The translations under genes were made by a program, and so were the position numbers. The notes beneath the pieces are model-generated. The model was not told the origin of the DNA, searched no databases, and was given only the letters and a program-made list of their open reading frames with translations. A DNA stretch of 32,000 nt from Alkalilimnicola ehrlichii MLHE-1. Lineage in GTDB: Bacteria > Pseudomonadota > Gammaproteobacteria > Nitrococcales > Halorhodospiraceae. Position 1 is the stretch's first letter. Each line of letters opens with the position of its first letter. Where the stretch lies: positions 1,530,001-1,562,000 of the forward strand of contig NC_008340.1 in assembly GCF_000014785.1 (NCBI RefSeq), given 5' to 3'. Shown in pieces: positions 20,448 through 31,456 of this stretch.

Positions 20448-21239
20448 ATGAATGTGCTCGTCTTTGATATCGAAACCGTACCCGATGTGGTGGGCGGCCG
20501 TCGCCTCCTCGGGCTGGACCCGAGTCTTTCCGACCAGGAGGTGGCCGAGGCCATGATGGCCCTGCGGCGGCAGAGTGCCGGGACCGACTTCCAGCGCCTG
20601 CACCTGCACCGGATCGTTGCCATCTCCATCGCCGCCGACCTGGACCGGCACGGCTTTCGGGTCTGGTCGCTGGGGGACCCGGAGGATGACGAGGCAGAGC
20701 TGATCCGCCGCTTCTTTGACGGCGTTGAACGCTATGCGCCCCGGCTCGTCTCCTGGAACGGCGGTGGTTTCGACCTGCCCGTGCTGCACTACCGGGCGCT
20801 GCTGCATGGGATCACCGCCCGCCGCTACTGGGACAGCGGCCAGGAGGACCGCGATTTCCGCTTCAACAACTACCTCAACCGGTTTCACGACCGCCATACT
20901 GACCTGATGGACGTGCTGGCCGGGTACCAGGCCCGGGCCAATGCGCCGCTGGACGAGATCGCCACCCTGCTGGGCTATCCGGGCAAGATGGGGATGAGCG
21001 GGGGCAAGGTCTGGGAGGCGGTGCAGGCCGGGGAGCTGGGCGCGGTTCGCGACTACTGCGAGACGGATGTGCTCAACACCTACCTGGTCTGGCTGCGCTA
21101 TCAGCTCATGCGCGGCCGGCTCACCCCGGAAGGGCTGCAGGCCGAGGAGGGGCGGGTCAAAGAGGCCCTGCGCGGCGACGGCCGCCCCCACCTGCAGGCC
21201 TTCCTCGCCGCCTGGGAGGGGGACGACCATGGGGCGTAG
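20448..21239 (+). CDS. predicted 3'-5' exonuclease, PolB-like (DnaQ-fold)
   Basis: MNVLVFDIETVPD (ExoI), LVSWNGGGFDLPVLHYRAL (ExoII), YCETDVLNTYLVWLRY (ExoIII). RFHDRHTDLMDVL. Confidence 0.88.
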   Translation: MNVLVFDIETVPDVVGGRRLLGLDPSLSDQEVAEAMMALRRQSAGTDFQRLHLHRIVAISIAADLDRHGFRVWSLGDPEDDEAELIRRFFDGVERYAPRLVSWNGGGFDLPVLHYRALLHGITARRYWDSGQEDRDFRFNNYLNRFHDRHTDLMDVLAGYQARANAPLDEIATLLGYPGKMGMSGGKVWEAVQAGELGAVRDYCETDVLNTYLVWLRYQLMRGRLTPEGLQAEEGRVKEALRGDGRPHLQAFLAAWEGDDHGA

Positions 21240-22566
21240 GCGGCGGCGCCTCCCGCGGGAGCCCTTCGAGATAGCGATCACCGGCCTGTCCCACGAGGGG
21301 CGCGGCATCGCCCACCACGACGAACGCACGCTGTTCGTGCACGGTGCCCTGCCGGGTGAGCGGGTGCGGGCGGTCTATACCAAGCGTCGGCGCAGCGTCG
21401 CCGAGGCCCGGGTGGTGGAGGTGGTGTCGCCCGCCCCGGAGCGCATCGCGCCCCATTGTCCCCATTTCGGGGTCTGTGGCGGCTGCAGCCTGCAGCATCT
21501 CACCCCGGAGCGGCAGGTGGAGCTCAAGCAATCGGTGCTGATGGAGCAGTTCCACCATATGGGGGGCGTGCAACCGGAGCGCGTGCTGGCCCCGCTCACC
21601 GGCGCACCGTGGGGGTATCGACGCAAGGCGCGCCTGGCGGTCAAGCACGTGCCCCGCAAGGGGGGGGTCCTGGTGGGGTTCCGGGAGAAGCACAGCCCCT
21701 TTGTCGCGGAGATGGACCGCTGCCCGGTGCTCGACCCACGGGTGGGGGAACGGCTCACCGAGCTCGGGCGCCTGATCGAGGGGCTCTCCATCCCCGACCG
21801 GGTGCCGCAGATTGAGGTGGCCCTGGGCGACGAGACCGGTGCCCTGGTCTTCCGAAACCTGGCGCCCTTGACCGCGGCGGACCTCAACCGCCTCGCCGGT
21901 TTCGCCCGCGACAGTGGCCTGGCGGTCTATCAGCAGCCGGGTAACGAGGCGACCATGGCCCTGGTGCACGACCCGGTGGGCCGGCGATTGGACTACGCTC
22001 TGCCAGGGCATGGCGTGCGCCTGGGCTTCCGGCCCGGCGACTTCACCCAGGTCAATGCCGAGATCAACCGGGCTATGGTGGATCAGGCGCTGGATCTGCT
22101 GGCGGTGGAGCCGGGGCAGCGGGTCCTGGACCTGTTCTGCGGCTTGGGTAATTTCACCCTGCCGCTGGCCCGGCGGGCCAGCGAAGTGGTCGGTGTGGAG
22201 GGGGCCGAGGCGCTGGTGGAACGCGGCCGGGAGAACGCCCTGCGCAACGGCCTGGATAACGTCCGCTTTTACGGGGCCGACCTCACCCTCGCTGCGGCCG
22301 ATCAACCCTGGGCGACCGGCGGCTTCGACCGGGTGCTGTTGGATCCGCCGCGGTCTGGCGCCTTCGAGGTGCTGGGGTTGGTGGCGGCCCTCGGGCCGAA
22401 GCGGATCGTCTACGTCTCCTGTGGCCCGGCCACCCTGGCCCGCGATGCCGGCGAGCTGGTGCACCGGCACGGCTACCGGCTGACCGCCGCCGGGGTCATG
22501 GACATGTTCCCGCACACGGCCCATGTCGAGAGCATGGCGGTGTTCCAAAGAGAGGCGCAGGACTGA
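21229..22566 (+). CDS. rlmD: 23S rRNA (uracil(1939)-C(5))-methyltransferase
   Basis: TRAM domain, CPHFGVCGGCSLQHL Fe-S motif, VLDLFCGLGNFTLPLAR, IVYVSCGPATLARD catalytic Cys region. Start ATG 21229. Confidence 0.95.
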   Translation: MGRRRRRLPREPFEIAITGLSHEGRGIAHHDERTLFVHGALPGERVRAVYTKRRRSVAEARVVEVVSPAPERIAPHCPHFGVCGGCSLQHLTPERQVELKQSVLMEQFHHMGGVQPERVLAPLTGAPWGYRRKARLAVKHVPRKGGVLVGFREKHSPFVAEMDRCPVLDPRVGERLTELGRLIEGLSIPDRVPQIEVALGDETGALVFRNLAPLTAADLNRLAGFARDSGLAVYQQPGNEATMALVHDPVGRRLDYALPGHGVRLGFRPGDFTQVNAEINRAMVDQALDLLAVEPGQRVLDLFCGLGNFTLPLARRASEVVGVEGAEALVERGRENALRNGLDNVRFYGADLTLAAADQPWATGGFDRVLLDPPRSGAFEVLGLVAALGPKRIVYVSCGPATLARDAGELVHRHGYRLTAAGVMDMFPHTAHVESMAVFQREAQD

Positions 22567-22567
22567 G

Positions 22568-23173
22568 ATGAGTCACCGTATCGAAATCCTCGACAAGTCC
22601 GTCGTTTACGATGGGTTCTTTAAAATGATCCGCTACCGCCTGCGCCACGGCCTGTTCCAGGGCGGGCTGAGCGCGCCGCTGACCCGGGAGCTCTTTGAGC
22701 GGGGGCATTCGGTGGGCGTGCTGCCCTATGACGCCGACCGCGACGAGGTGCTGCTCATTGAGCAGTTCCGCATCGGTGCCTTGGACCATCCGCGCGGGGC
22801 CTGGCTGATGGAGATCGTGGCGGGGATCGTGGAGCCGGGTGAAAGGCCGACGGATGTGGCGCGCCGGGAGGCGGTGGAGGAGGCGGACTGCCGGTTGCAG
22901 GCGATCGAGCCGATCTGCGAATACCTGGTGAGCCCCGGTGGCACCTCGGAATCGGTGGCCCTGTATTGCGCGCGGATGGACAGCGAGGGCCTGGACGGCG
23001 GTATCCATGGCCACGACCACGAGGGCGAGGACATCAAAGTCCACGTGGTGCCCTTCGAGGAGGCCATGGACATGGTCGAGACCGGTATCATCCATTCTGC
23101 CATGCCCATTATCGCCCTGCAGTGGCTGGCGCTGCACCGCGATCGCCTGCGGGAGGCCTGGCAGAGCTATTGA
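22568..23173 (+). CDS. Nudix hydrolase, ADP-ribose pyrophosphatase-like
   Basis: MSHRIEILDKSVVYDGFFKMIRYRLRH...QFRIGALDHPRGAWLMEIVAGIVEPGERPTDVARREAVEEADC contains a Nudix-like box with ADPRase context. Confidence 0.9.
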   Translation: MSHRIEILDKSVVYDGFFKMIRYRLRHGLFQGGLSAPLTRELFERGHSVGVLPYDADRDEVLLIEQFRIGALDHPRGAWLMEIVAGIVEPGERPTDVARREAVEEADCRLQAIEPICEYLVSPGGTSESVALYCARMDSEGLDGGIHGHDHEGEDIKVHVVPFEEAMDMVETGIIHSAMPIIALQWLALHRDRLREAWQSY

Positions 23174-23190
23174 GGCCGCCCCCGCGGGTG

Positions 23191-23982
23191 TCAGGGCGCC
23201 GGATCCACCCGGAGCCAGATCCGCAGCTCCCGGGCATCGGCCGGCCGGGTGCGGAAGATCCGCGTCCCCGGGACCGCCTCCGGGGGCGGATCGCGGTCAA
23301 CGCGGGTCTCGCCCAATAGGATCCACTCACCCACCCGGCCGGTCAGCCGACCGGTCCACTCTCGGGAGAGCACCGAGTCCGGATCCCGCGGGTCCAGGCG
23401 CTGGCTGAGGGCGGAGAGCGCCACGGTCACCCGGTCGTCGCCGTGCAGCAGTGGTCGCGCCACCAGGCTCTGCTCCACGGTGAGGTAATAGGGCCGCTCC
23501 TCCAGCAGGAGGGTGTGCGGGCTGAGATAGATCCGCCGCTGCTCCCGGGGCAGGGCCTGCTCCAGGCGCAGCACCACCTCGCGGCCCTCTTGGGCCAGGA
23601 CCCGCTGCTCACGGCTGACCCGCCCGGTGGCGTGGCGGCGGATCACCGTGCCTTCCCGCTCCTCCCGGCGCACCGGTCCCTCCTCGAAGCGCAGGGTGAG
23701 CGTTACGGCGCGGGTCGGTTGATCCAGTTGTCGCAGCATCCGCTCGGCGGCGTCGAGTTCCGCGCCGGGGCCGCGCAGCAGCAGCTGGAAATGGCGGCCG
23801 CTGAGCCGAGTCTGGTCCAACTGGGGCTCCAGCAGGGGGATCAGGGCCTCCGCCGGCTGATGCTGAAGCTGTATCACCCGGGTTTCCAGGGTGGCCCCCA
23901 GGGCGACCGGGCCGGCGCAAAGCATCGCGAACGCCAGGAGGGCCGGCAGTAGGGCCCTGGCCGCGGGCCGGACGGTGGTCAT
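23191..23982 (-). CDS. secreted protein with a NolW/secretin-N-like domain
   Basis: Signal peptide MTTVRPAARALLPALLAFAMLCAGPVALGA, then LETRVIQLQHQPAEALIPLLEPQLDQ...HFQLLLRGPGAELDAAERMLRQLDQPTRAVTLTLRF. This resembles secretin N repeats but no channel domain follows. Confidence 0.6.
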   Translation of the reverse strand: MTTVRPAARALLPALLAFAMLCAGPVALGATLETRVIQLQHQPAEALIPLLEPQLDQTRLSGRHFQLLLRGPGAELDAAERMLRQLDQPTRAVTLTLRFEEGPVRREEREGTVIRRHATGRVSREQRVLAQEGREVVLRLEQALPREQRRIYLSPHTLLLEERPYYLTVEQSLVARPLLHGDDRVTVALSALSQRLDPRDPDSVLSREWTGRLTGRVGEWILLGETRVDRDPPPEAVPGTRIFRTRPADARELRIWLRVDPAP

Positions 23983-24476
23983 AACGGCAATACCTTTACC
24001 TCGGGCGACTCCACCGAATAATCCCACAGGGCGTTGAATTCGCGGAGCCACAGGCGGCAGGGGCCGGCGTTGTCCGGGTGCCAGCCCCCCCGGTAGCCCT
24101 CGGAACGGCGGCGCCAGAGGGCGCCCCGGCCGTCCACCATCATCCAGACGGTCTCCGGCAGCTCCGCCTCCGGGGCGAGCTCCCGGATGGCGATCGCCGT
24201 GGGCAGTTTGCGTGCCAGCGCCAGCAGTCGGTGTTTATGCCGGACCAGTGGCTTACTGCTCTCCAGCAGGATGCGGATGCGCGGTTTGGACGCCGTTACT
24301 GCGACCTGCCGTAACGCTTCGGCCAGGGCGGCGGTATTATAGACGCTGGGGTCCAGCTCGGCGGACAGAATATCCACCCGCCGCCGGCCCAGGCGTGCCA
24401 GCCGCACCGCCGCCTCCGCGTGCTCGCTGGCGGTCTCCAGCGGGTGCCAGCCCGGCCTCGTCTCGTCCATGTCCAT
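23979..24476 (-). CDS. conserved protein of unknown function (DUF7931-like)
   Basis: MDMDETRPGWHPLETASEHAEAAVRLARLGRRRVDILSAELDPSVYNTAALAEALRQVA... Overlaps the downstream gene (ATGA). The family name is from recall. Confidence 0.6.
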   Translation of the reverse strand: MDMDETRPGWHPLETASEHAEAAVRLARLGRRRVDILSAELDPSVYNTAALAEALRQVAVTASKPRIRILLESSKPLVRHKHRLLALARKLPTAIAIRELAPEAELPETVWMMVDGRGALWRRRSEGYRGGWHPDNAGPCRLWLREFNALWDYSVESPEVKVLPL

Positions 24477-24507
24477 AGGGACTTGCTCCGCTCGCCATGG
24501 GTTCTGG

Positions 24508-25905
<1,398 letters not shown>

Positions 25906-26041
25906 TTAAGCGGTCGATTGTACTGCGCCAACCGCCGGGCTGCACCCGTCCACAGCCGTTGCCGGAGGCCTACAATGACGGGATGACGGGTCTGGGCGGC
26001 GTGGCCGCCCCTCACCACCGAGACAGGCCGGGAGGTCGACG

Positions 26042-27430
26042 ATGAACGGACAGGGATACCGCATCGAGCGGGACAGCATGGGCGAACTGCAGGTGCCGGA
26101 AACCGCCCTCTGGGGGGCGCAGACCCAGCGTGCGGTGGAGAATTTTCCGGTCAGCGATCTGCGGATGCCGCGCAGCTTCATCCGCGCCCTGGGGCTGATC
26201 AAGGGCGCGGCGGCGCGGGCCAACTATGAGCTGGAGCTCCTCGCCCCGGAGATTGCCGAGGCCATCGCCGAGGCCGCCCGCGAGGTGGAGCAGGGCGACC
26301 ATGACGACCAGTTTCCGGTGGACGTCTTCCAGACCGGCTCCGGCACCAGCAGCAACATGAATGCCAACGAGGTGATTGCCCGCCTGGCCAGCGACCGGTT
26401 GGGCAAGGCCGTACACCCCAACGATCACGTCAACATGGGACAGAGCAGCAATGACGTGATCCCCACCGCCATTCATGTCAGCGCCTGTCTGGCCCTGCAC
26501 GAGCAACTCCTGCCCGCCTTGGAGGGGCTGGAACAACAGATCCGCGACAAGGCCGCGGCGTTGGAGGGGCGGGTCAAGACCGGGCGGACCCATTTGATGG
26601 ACGCCATGCCGGTGAGCTTTGCCCAAGAGCTTGGGGGGTGGGCCACCCAGGTGGGCCACGGCGCGGAGCGCATCCGCGCCAGTCTGCCGCGCCTGGAGGC
26701 GTTGGCCCAGGGCGGGACCGCCGTCGGCACCGGGATCAACGCCCCGCCCTCCTTCGGCGCCCGGGTGGCTGGCCTGATCGCGGAGCGTACCGGAGTGCCC
26801 TTTACGCCCTGCGCGGACCGCTTCGAGGCGCTCTCCAGCCAGGATGCGGCGGTGGAGATGCACGGTCAGCTCCGCACCGTGGCGGTCAGCCTGATGAAGA
26901 TCGCCAATGATCTGCGCTGGATGAACAGCGGGCCGCTGGCCGGTCTGGGCGAGATCGCACTCCCGGCCCTGCAACCGGGCAGCTCGATCATGCCGGGCAA
27001 GGTCAACCCGGTGATCCCGGAGTCGGTGGCCATGGTCAGCGCCCAGGTCATGGGCAACGACACCACCCTGGCGGTCGCCGGCCAGTCGGGCAATTTCCAG
27101 CTCAATGTCATGCTGCCCGTGGTGGGTTACAACCTGTTGCAGAGCATCGGTCTGCTGGCCAACGCCAGCCGGCTGCTGGGGGACAAGGCCATCGCCGGTT
27201 TCACGGTGAACGAGGGGCGCATCGGCGAGGCCCTGGACCGCAACCCCATCCTGGTCACGGCCCTGAACGCGGTGATCGGTTACGAAAAGGGCGCCGAGAT
27301 CGCCAAGACCGCCTACAAAGAGGGCCGTCCGATCATGGAGGTGGCCCGTGAGCACACGGATCTGTCCGAGGAGGCGCTGCAGCGTCTGCTGGACCCGGCC
27401 GCGCTCACCCGGGGCGGGATTCAGAAGTGA
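26042..27430 (+). CDS. fumC: class II fumarate hydratase
   Basis: YRIERDSMGELQVPETALWGAQTQRAVENFPVS...GSSIMPGKVNPVIPESVAMVSAQVMGN. Superfamily signature GSxxMPxKxNP. Confidence 0.96.
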   Translation: MNGQGYRIERDSMGELQVPETALWGAQTQRAVENFPVSDLRMPRSFIRALGLIKGAAARANYELELLAPEIAEAIAEAAREVEQGDHDDQFPVDVFQTGSGTSSNMNANEVIARLASDRLGKAVHPNDHVNMGQSSNDVIPTAIHVSACLALHEQLLPALEGLEQQIRDKAAALEGRVKTGRTHLMDAMPVSFAQELGGWATQVGHGAERIRASLPRLEALAQGGTAVGTGINAPPSFGARVAGLIAERTGVPFTPCADRFEALSSQDAAVEMHGQLRTVAVSLMKIANDLRWMNSGPLAGLGEIALPALQPGSSIMPGKVNPVIPESVAMVSAQVMGNDTTLAVAGQSGNFQLNVMLPVVGYNLLQSIGLLANASRLLGDKAIAGFTVNEGRIGEALDRNPILVTALNAVIGYEKGAEIAKTAYKEGRPIMEVAREHTDLSEEALQRLLDPAALTRGGIQK

Positions 27431-28262
27431 CTGGGCCGGGGCCGCTGCGGCGGTCGTAGCGGGCGAAAAGCTGCCCGGCGCGGCCGTCGCCCTCCCGGTC
27501 CAGATAGAGGTGCACCAGGTCGAAATCCGCGGGCGGGGCCAGCACCGGGCCCTCGGTGATGGTGGCGTAATCGGCACCGGCGACGATGCGCAGGCGGTGG
27601 GTCAGGAACAGGCTCTCCAGGACCCCGGCGCGCAGCAGTTCGTGCATGACCCACGGTCCGGTCACTGAGTAGGCCCGCCGGTAGCCTTCGGCGGCCAGGT
27701 GCCGGGTTAGCCGTGCCGCGTCCACCCGCGGGCCGGCACCGCAGTCGATCACCGTGGCGCCCTGGCGTTCCAGGCGATCACGGGCCCGGGGGGAGGCCCC
27801 GGTGACGGTGGCCACCCAGACCCGCCGACCCTGACGGAACAACAACTCGGGAAGTGGGAAGTCCAGGGTCGCACTCAACACCACCACGTCCGGTTGACCG
27901 GGGAGGCCCTGGTCCTGCCGCCAGGCAACCAGGTCGCCGTAATCCGTTCCGAGCGGAAGAATATCCTGTGCCCGGCCCGCCTGCAGGTCACGGAAGTAGC
28001 GTCCGCTGCTGAGGAGGATGTCCGCCCGCGCGGCCAGCTCCTGGAACAGCCGCCAGTCCCGCCGGTTGGCGATGCTGCCCGGTACCGTCTGCGCCGGCAA
28101 GCCGTCGCCCAGGGCGATGCGTCCGTCCAGGCTGGTGACGAAGTTGCCGTAGACGTAGAGCCGGTCGTCCCCGCGCGGCAGCGGCAGGTCGCGATACAGG
28201 TTGGTCAGGGGGATGGGGTCGTGGTTGCCCGGCGGGTGCAGGGGGATCAGCGGTGGCGTCAT
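27405..28262 (-). CDS. RibD C-terminal-domain (dihydrofolate reductase-like) family protein
   Basis: RLYVYGNFVTSLDGRIALGDG...NRRDWRLFQELAARADILLSSGRYFRDL...QDRLERQGATVIDCG-type C-terminal organisation. Start ATG 28262. Confidence 0.8.
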   Translation of the reverse strand: MTPPLIPLHPPGNHDPIPLTNLYRDLPLPRGDDRLYVYGNFVTSLDGRIALGDGLPAQTVPGSIANRRDWRLFQELAARADILLSSGRYFRDLQAGRAQDILPLGTDYGDLVAWRQDQGLPGQPDVVVLSATLDFPLPELLFRQGRRVWVATVTGASPRARDRLERQGATVIDCGAGPRVDAARLTRHLAAEGYRRAYSVTGPWVMHELLRAGVLESLFLTHRLRIVAGADYATITEGPVLAPPADFDLVHLYLDREGDGRAGQLFARYDRRSGPGPVTSESRPG

Positions 28263-28378
28263 AGTGAGCAACGGGCCTGGTTGGTGATGGGATGATGGCC
28301 TGATACCGGCGGGAAATCCAGCGTATACTGGGCGCCTCTCAGACCCACGGTTAATGTAACCCTAGACGTGTAACTATT

Positions 28379-29023
28379 TTGAGCTGCATCGCGCCCTTTG
28401 ACCTGCATTGCCGTCGCTGCCCGCGTCTGGCGGCGTTCCTGGACCAGGTGGCGGCGGATCATCCGGCTTATCACGCGCGCCCGGTACCCTCTTTCGGTGA
28501 CCCGGCGGCGCGCCTGCTGGTGGTCGGCCTGGCTCCGGGGATGCACGGCGCCAACGCCAGCGGTCGGCCCTTCACCGGGGATCATGCCGGCATCCTGCTC
28601 TACCGTACCCTTCACGCGTGTGGCTTCGCCAATCAGCCCAATGGCGACCACCCGGAGGACGGGCTGGTGCTGCACGACTGCCGCATCACCAACGCCGTGC
28701 GCTGCCTGCCACCGGGCAACAAGCCCAACCGCCAGGAGGTGCGCAACTGCCTGCCCTACCTGCGATACGAGTTGTCGAGCCTGGGGCCGGGGGGCGTGGT
28801 GCTGGCGCTGGGGCGTGTGGCCCATGAGGCGGTGCTGCTGGCAGAGGACGAGCGCCTCAGCCACCATCCCTTCGCCCATGGCGCGGAGCACCCCCTCGCG
28901 GGCGGGCGCATCCTGTTGGACAGCTACCACTGCAGCCGGTACAACACCCAGACCCGGCGCCTGACCCCGGCAATGTTCTCCGCCGTTTTCCAGCACGCGC
29001 GCCATCTGCTCAGCCGCTCATGA
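28379..29023 (+). CDS. uracil-DNA glycosylase superfamily protein, family 5 (UdgB)-like
   Basis: LLVVGLAPGMHGANASGRPFTGDHAGILLYRTLHACGFAN, Fe-S type cysteines (CRRC, RCLPPGNKPNRQEVRNCLPYL), SYHCSRYNTQTRRLTPAMF. TTG start is the only one that keeps the first cysteines. Confidence 0.82.
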   Translation: MSCIAPFDLHCRRCPRLAAFLDQVAADHPAYHARPVPSFGDPAARLLVVGLAPGMHGANASGRPFTGDHAGILLYRTLHACGFANQPNGDHPEDGLVLHDCRITNAVRCLPPGNKPNRQEVRNCLPYLRYELSSLGPGGVVLALGRVAHEAVLLAEDERLSHHPFAHGAEHPLAGGRILLDSYHCSRYNTQTRRLTPAMFSAVFQHARHLLSRS

Positions 29024-30855
29024 CCGACGTGCCGAGCCCCTTCGACCCCAAGGCCTTCGTCCGCAGCCTCACCCAACGCCCCGGCGTCTACCGGATGGTG
29101 GATGGGCGCGGTGAGGTGCTTTATGTCGGCAAGGCCCGCAATCTGAAGAAGCGGGTCGCCAGCTATTTCACGCGCTCGCGGAAGTCGGCGCGCATCGAGC
29201 TGATGCTCACCCAGGTCCAGGACATCCAGGTCACCGTCACGCATACCGAGGCGGAGGCGCTGATCCTGGAGAACACCCTCATCAAGGAACTGCGGCCGCG
29301 CTACAATGTGCTGTTGCGCGACGATAAGTCCTACCCCTGGATCTACCTCTCATCGCACCAGGACTTCCCGCGGCTGAGCTTTCACCGCGGTGCCCGCAAG
29401 GGGCCCGGGCGCTGGTTCGGGCCGTTTCCCAGCGGTCATGCGGTGCGGGAAACGCTTAACACCCTGCAGAAGGTGTTTCGCATAAGGCAGTGCCAAGACA
29501 GCTTTTTCAGTAACCGATCCCGCCCCTGTCTGCAGCATCAGATCAAACGCTGCACGGCCCCCTGCGTGGGCTACATCAGCCGCGAGGCCTACCAGGAGGA
29601 CGTGCGCCACGCCGTGCTCTTCCTGGAGGGGCGCTCCAATCAGGTGATTGAGGAGCTGGGCGCACGTATGGAGGCGGCGTCGGAGCGGCTGGAGTTCGAG
29701 GCGGCGGCGCAGTACCGGGACCGGATTCAGGCCCTGCAGGCGGTCCAGGAGCGCCAGTACATCGTGGGGGAGAAGGGCGACCTGGACGTCATCGCCTGCG
29801 TCTCCGACGGGGTCACGGCCTGTGTCACGGTCTTTTTCTTTCGCCAGGGCCGGAATCTGGGCAACAAGGTCTTCTATCCGCGCATCCCGGAGGGCGCCGA
29901 TGAGGCGGAGGTCCTTGCCGCCTTCCTGGCCCGCTACTACATCGGCCGTAAGGCCCCCCCGGAGCTGGTGATCAGCCACACCATCCCGGAGCAGAAGGTC
30001 CTCGGGGAGGCGCTCTCCCGCGAATCCGGTCATCGGGTGAGAGTGACCCACTCGGTGCGCAAGGAGCGCCGCCGCTGGCTTGAGATGGCGTTGACCAACG
30101 CCCGCCACGCCCTGACCGCGCGTACCTCCACTCAGGCGATGGCCCTGCACCGCCTGGAGGCCTTACAGGATGCGCTGCAACTCCCGGCACTGCCGGAGCG
30201 CATTGAGTGCTTCGATATCAGCCACACCCGGGGCGAGGCTACCGTGGCCGCCTGTGTGGTGTTCAACCAGGACGGCCCGCTGAAGTCCGACTACCGCCGG
30301 TTCAATATCCGTGGTATCACCCCGGGGGACGATTACGCCGCCATGCGCCAGGCCCTCAGTCGGCGTTATCAGCGCTTGAAAAAGGGCGAGGGCGTGCTGC
30401 CGGATATCCTGCTGATCGATGGGGGCAAGGGCCAGGTGGCGCAGGCCGAGGCCGTCCTGGAGGAGTTGCAGGTGGACGATGTCTACCTGGTGGGGATCGC
30501 CAAGGGCCCGGAGCGGCGCCCCGGCGAGGAGACCCTGATACTATCTGATGAGGACGGACGCGAGAAAACCCTGGGACCGGATGCCCCGGCGTTGCAGTTG
30601 TTGCAGCAGGTGCGGGACGAGGCGCACCGCTTTGCCATTGCCGGCCACCGGCAACAGCGGGGCAAGGCGCGGACCCGCTCGGCGCTGGAGGACATTCCCG
30701 GGCTGGGCCCCAAGCGACGCCAGGCCCTGTTGCGCCACTTTGGAGGCCTGAAGGCGGTCGCCCGGGCCGGGGTGGAGGACCTGGCCCGCACCCCGGGCAT
30801 CAGTCGGGCCCTGGCGCAGAAGGTCTACGATCATTACCACGGAGATAGCGGTTAA
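29020..30855 (+). CDS. uvrC: excinuclease ABC subunit C
   Basis: GVYRMVDGRGEVLYVGKARNLKKRVASYF (GIY-YIG), IECFDISHTRGEATVAACVVF, DGGKGQVAQAEAVL, C-terminal HhH. ATG overlaps the upstream stop. Confidence 0.98.
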   Translation: MTDVPSPFDPKAFVRSLTQRPGVYRMVDGRGEVLYVGKARNLKKRVASYFTRSRKSARIELMLTQVQDIQVTVTHTEAEALILENTLIKELRPRYNVLLRDDKSYPWIYLSSHQDFPRLSFHRGARKGPGRWFGPFPSGHAVRETLNTLQKVFRIRQCQDSFFSNRSRPCLQHQIKRCTAPCVGYISREAYQEDVRHAVLFLEGRSNQVIEELGARMEAASERLEFEAAAQYRDRIQALQAVQERQYIVGEKGDLDVIACVSDGVTACVTVFFFRQGRNLGNKVFYPRIPEGADEAEVLAAFLARYYIGRKAPPELVISHTIPEQKVLGEALSRESGHRVRVTHSVRKERRRWLEMALTNARHALTARTSTQAMALHRLEALQDALQLPALPERIECFDISHTRGEATVAACVVFNQDGPLKSDYRRFNIRGITPGDDYAAMRQALSRRYQRLKKGEGVLPDILLIDGGKGQVAQAEAVLEELQVDDVYLVGIAKGPERRPGEETLILSDEDGREKTLGPDAPALQLLQQVRDEAHRFAIAGHRQQRGKARTRSALEDIPGLGPKRRQALLRHFGGLKAVARAGVEDLARTPGISRALAQKVYDHYHGDSG

Positions 30856-30858
30856 ACC

Positions 30859-31410
30859 ATGCAGTTGAACTGGCCCAACGCCCTGACCCTGTTCCGGATT
30901 GCGCTGATCCCGGTGCTGGGGCTGTGCTTCTTGCTCCCGGCACCCTGGATGAACGTGCTGGCGGTGATCGTGTTCAGCGCGGCGGCCGTCACCGACTGGC
31001 TGGACGGCTACCTGGCGCGCCGGCTGCAGCAGACCTCCGCCTTCGGGGCGTTCCTGGACCCAGTGGCCGACAAGCTAATGGTCGCGGTCGCCCTGGTGGC
31101 GCTGGTCGCGGTGCATCCGGGGCCCTGGCTCGCCGTGCCGGCCAGCATCATCATCGGCCGTGAGATTGCCGTGTCCGCCCTGCGTGAGTGGATGGCGAAC
31201 CTCGGGGCCCGGGCCAGCGTGGCGGTGAGCATGGCCGGCAAGGTCAAGACGACCGCCCAGATGGCGGCCATCATCATGCTGTTATACGGTCAATCGCTGG
31301 GCCCGATCCCGCTCTTTGAGCTGGGCGTGGTGCTCCTTTACGTGGCGGCGGTGCTGACCGTATACTCCATGGCGCTGTATCTGAGGGCGGCCTGGGAGCA
31401 GCTCGCGTAG
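30859..31410 (+). CDS. pgsA: CDP-diacylglycerol--glycerol-3-phosphate 3-phosphatidyltransferase
   Basis: LNWPNALTLFRIALIPVLGLCF... with the CDP-alcohol phosphotransferase motif DWLDGYLARRLQQTSAFGAFLDPVADK. Confidence 0.96.
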   Translation: MQLNWPNALTLFRIALIPVLGLCFLLPAPWMNVLAVIVFSAAAVTDWLDGYLARRLQQTSAFGAFLDPVADKLMVAVALVALVAVHPGPWLAVPASIIIGREIAVSALREWMANLGARASVAVSMAGKVKTTAQMAAIIMLLYGQSLGPIPLFELGVVLLYVAAVLTVYSMALYLRAAWEQLA

Positions 31411-31456
31411 CGCCCCGCCGGGTTCGGCCCCCGCCACTGCGGCAGCGCAGCAGGGG

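Noticed and set aside
21157-22548. 463-aa minus-strand ORF antisense to rlmD
   Set aside because: rlmD is certain. The antisense product lacks any recognisable domain and is His/Gln/Gly-rich.
25971-25976. TACAAT as a fumC promoter -10
   Set aside because: Good -10 match but no acceptable -35 at 16-18 nt, so not listed as a feature.
26012-27577. 521-aa minus-strand ORF antisense to fumC
   Set aside because: Overlaps the certain fumC gene and has the same compositional artefact pattern.
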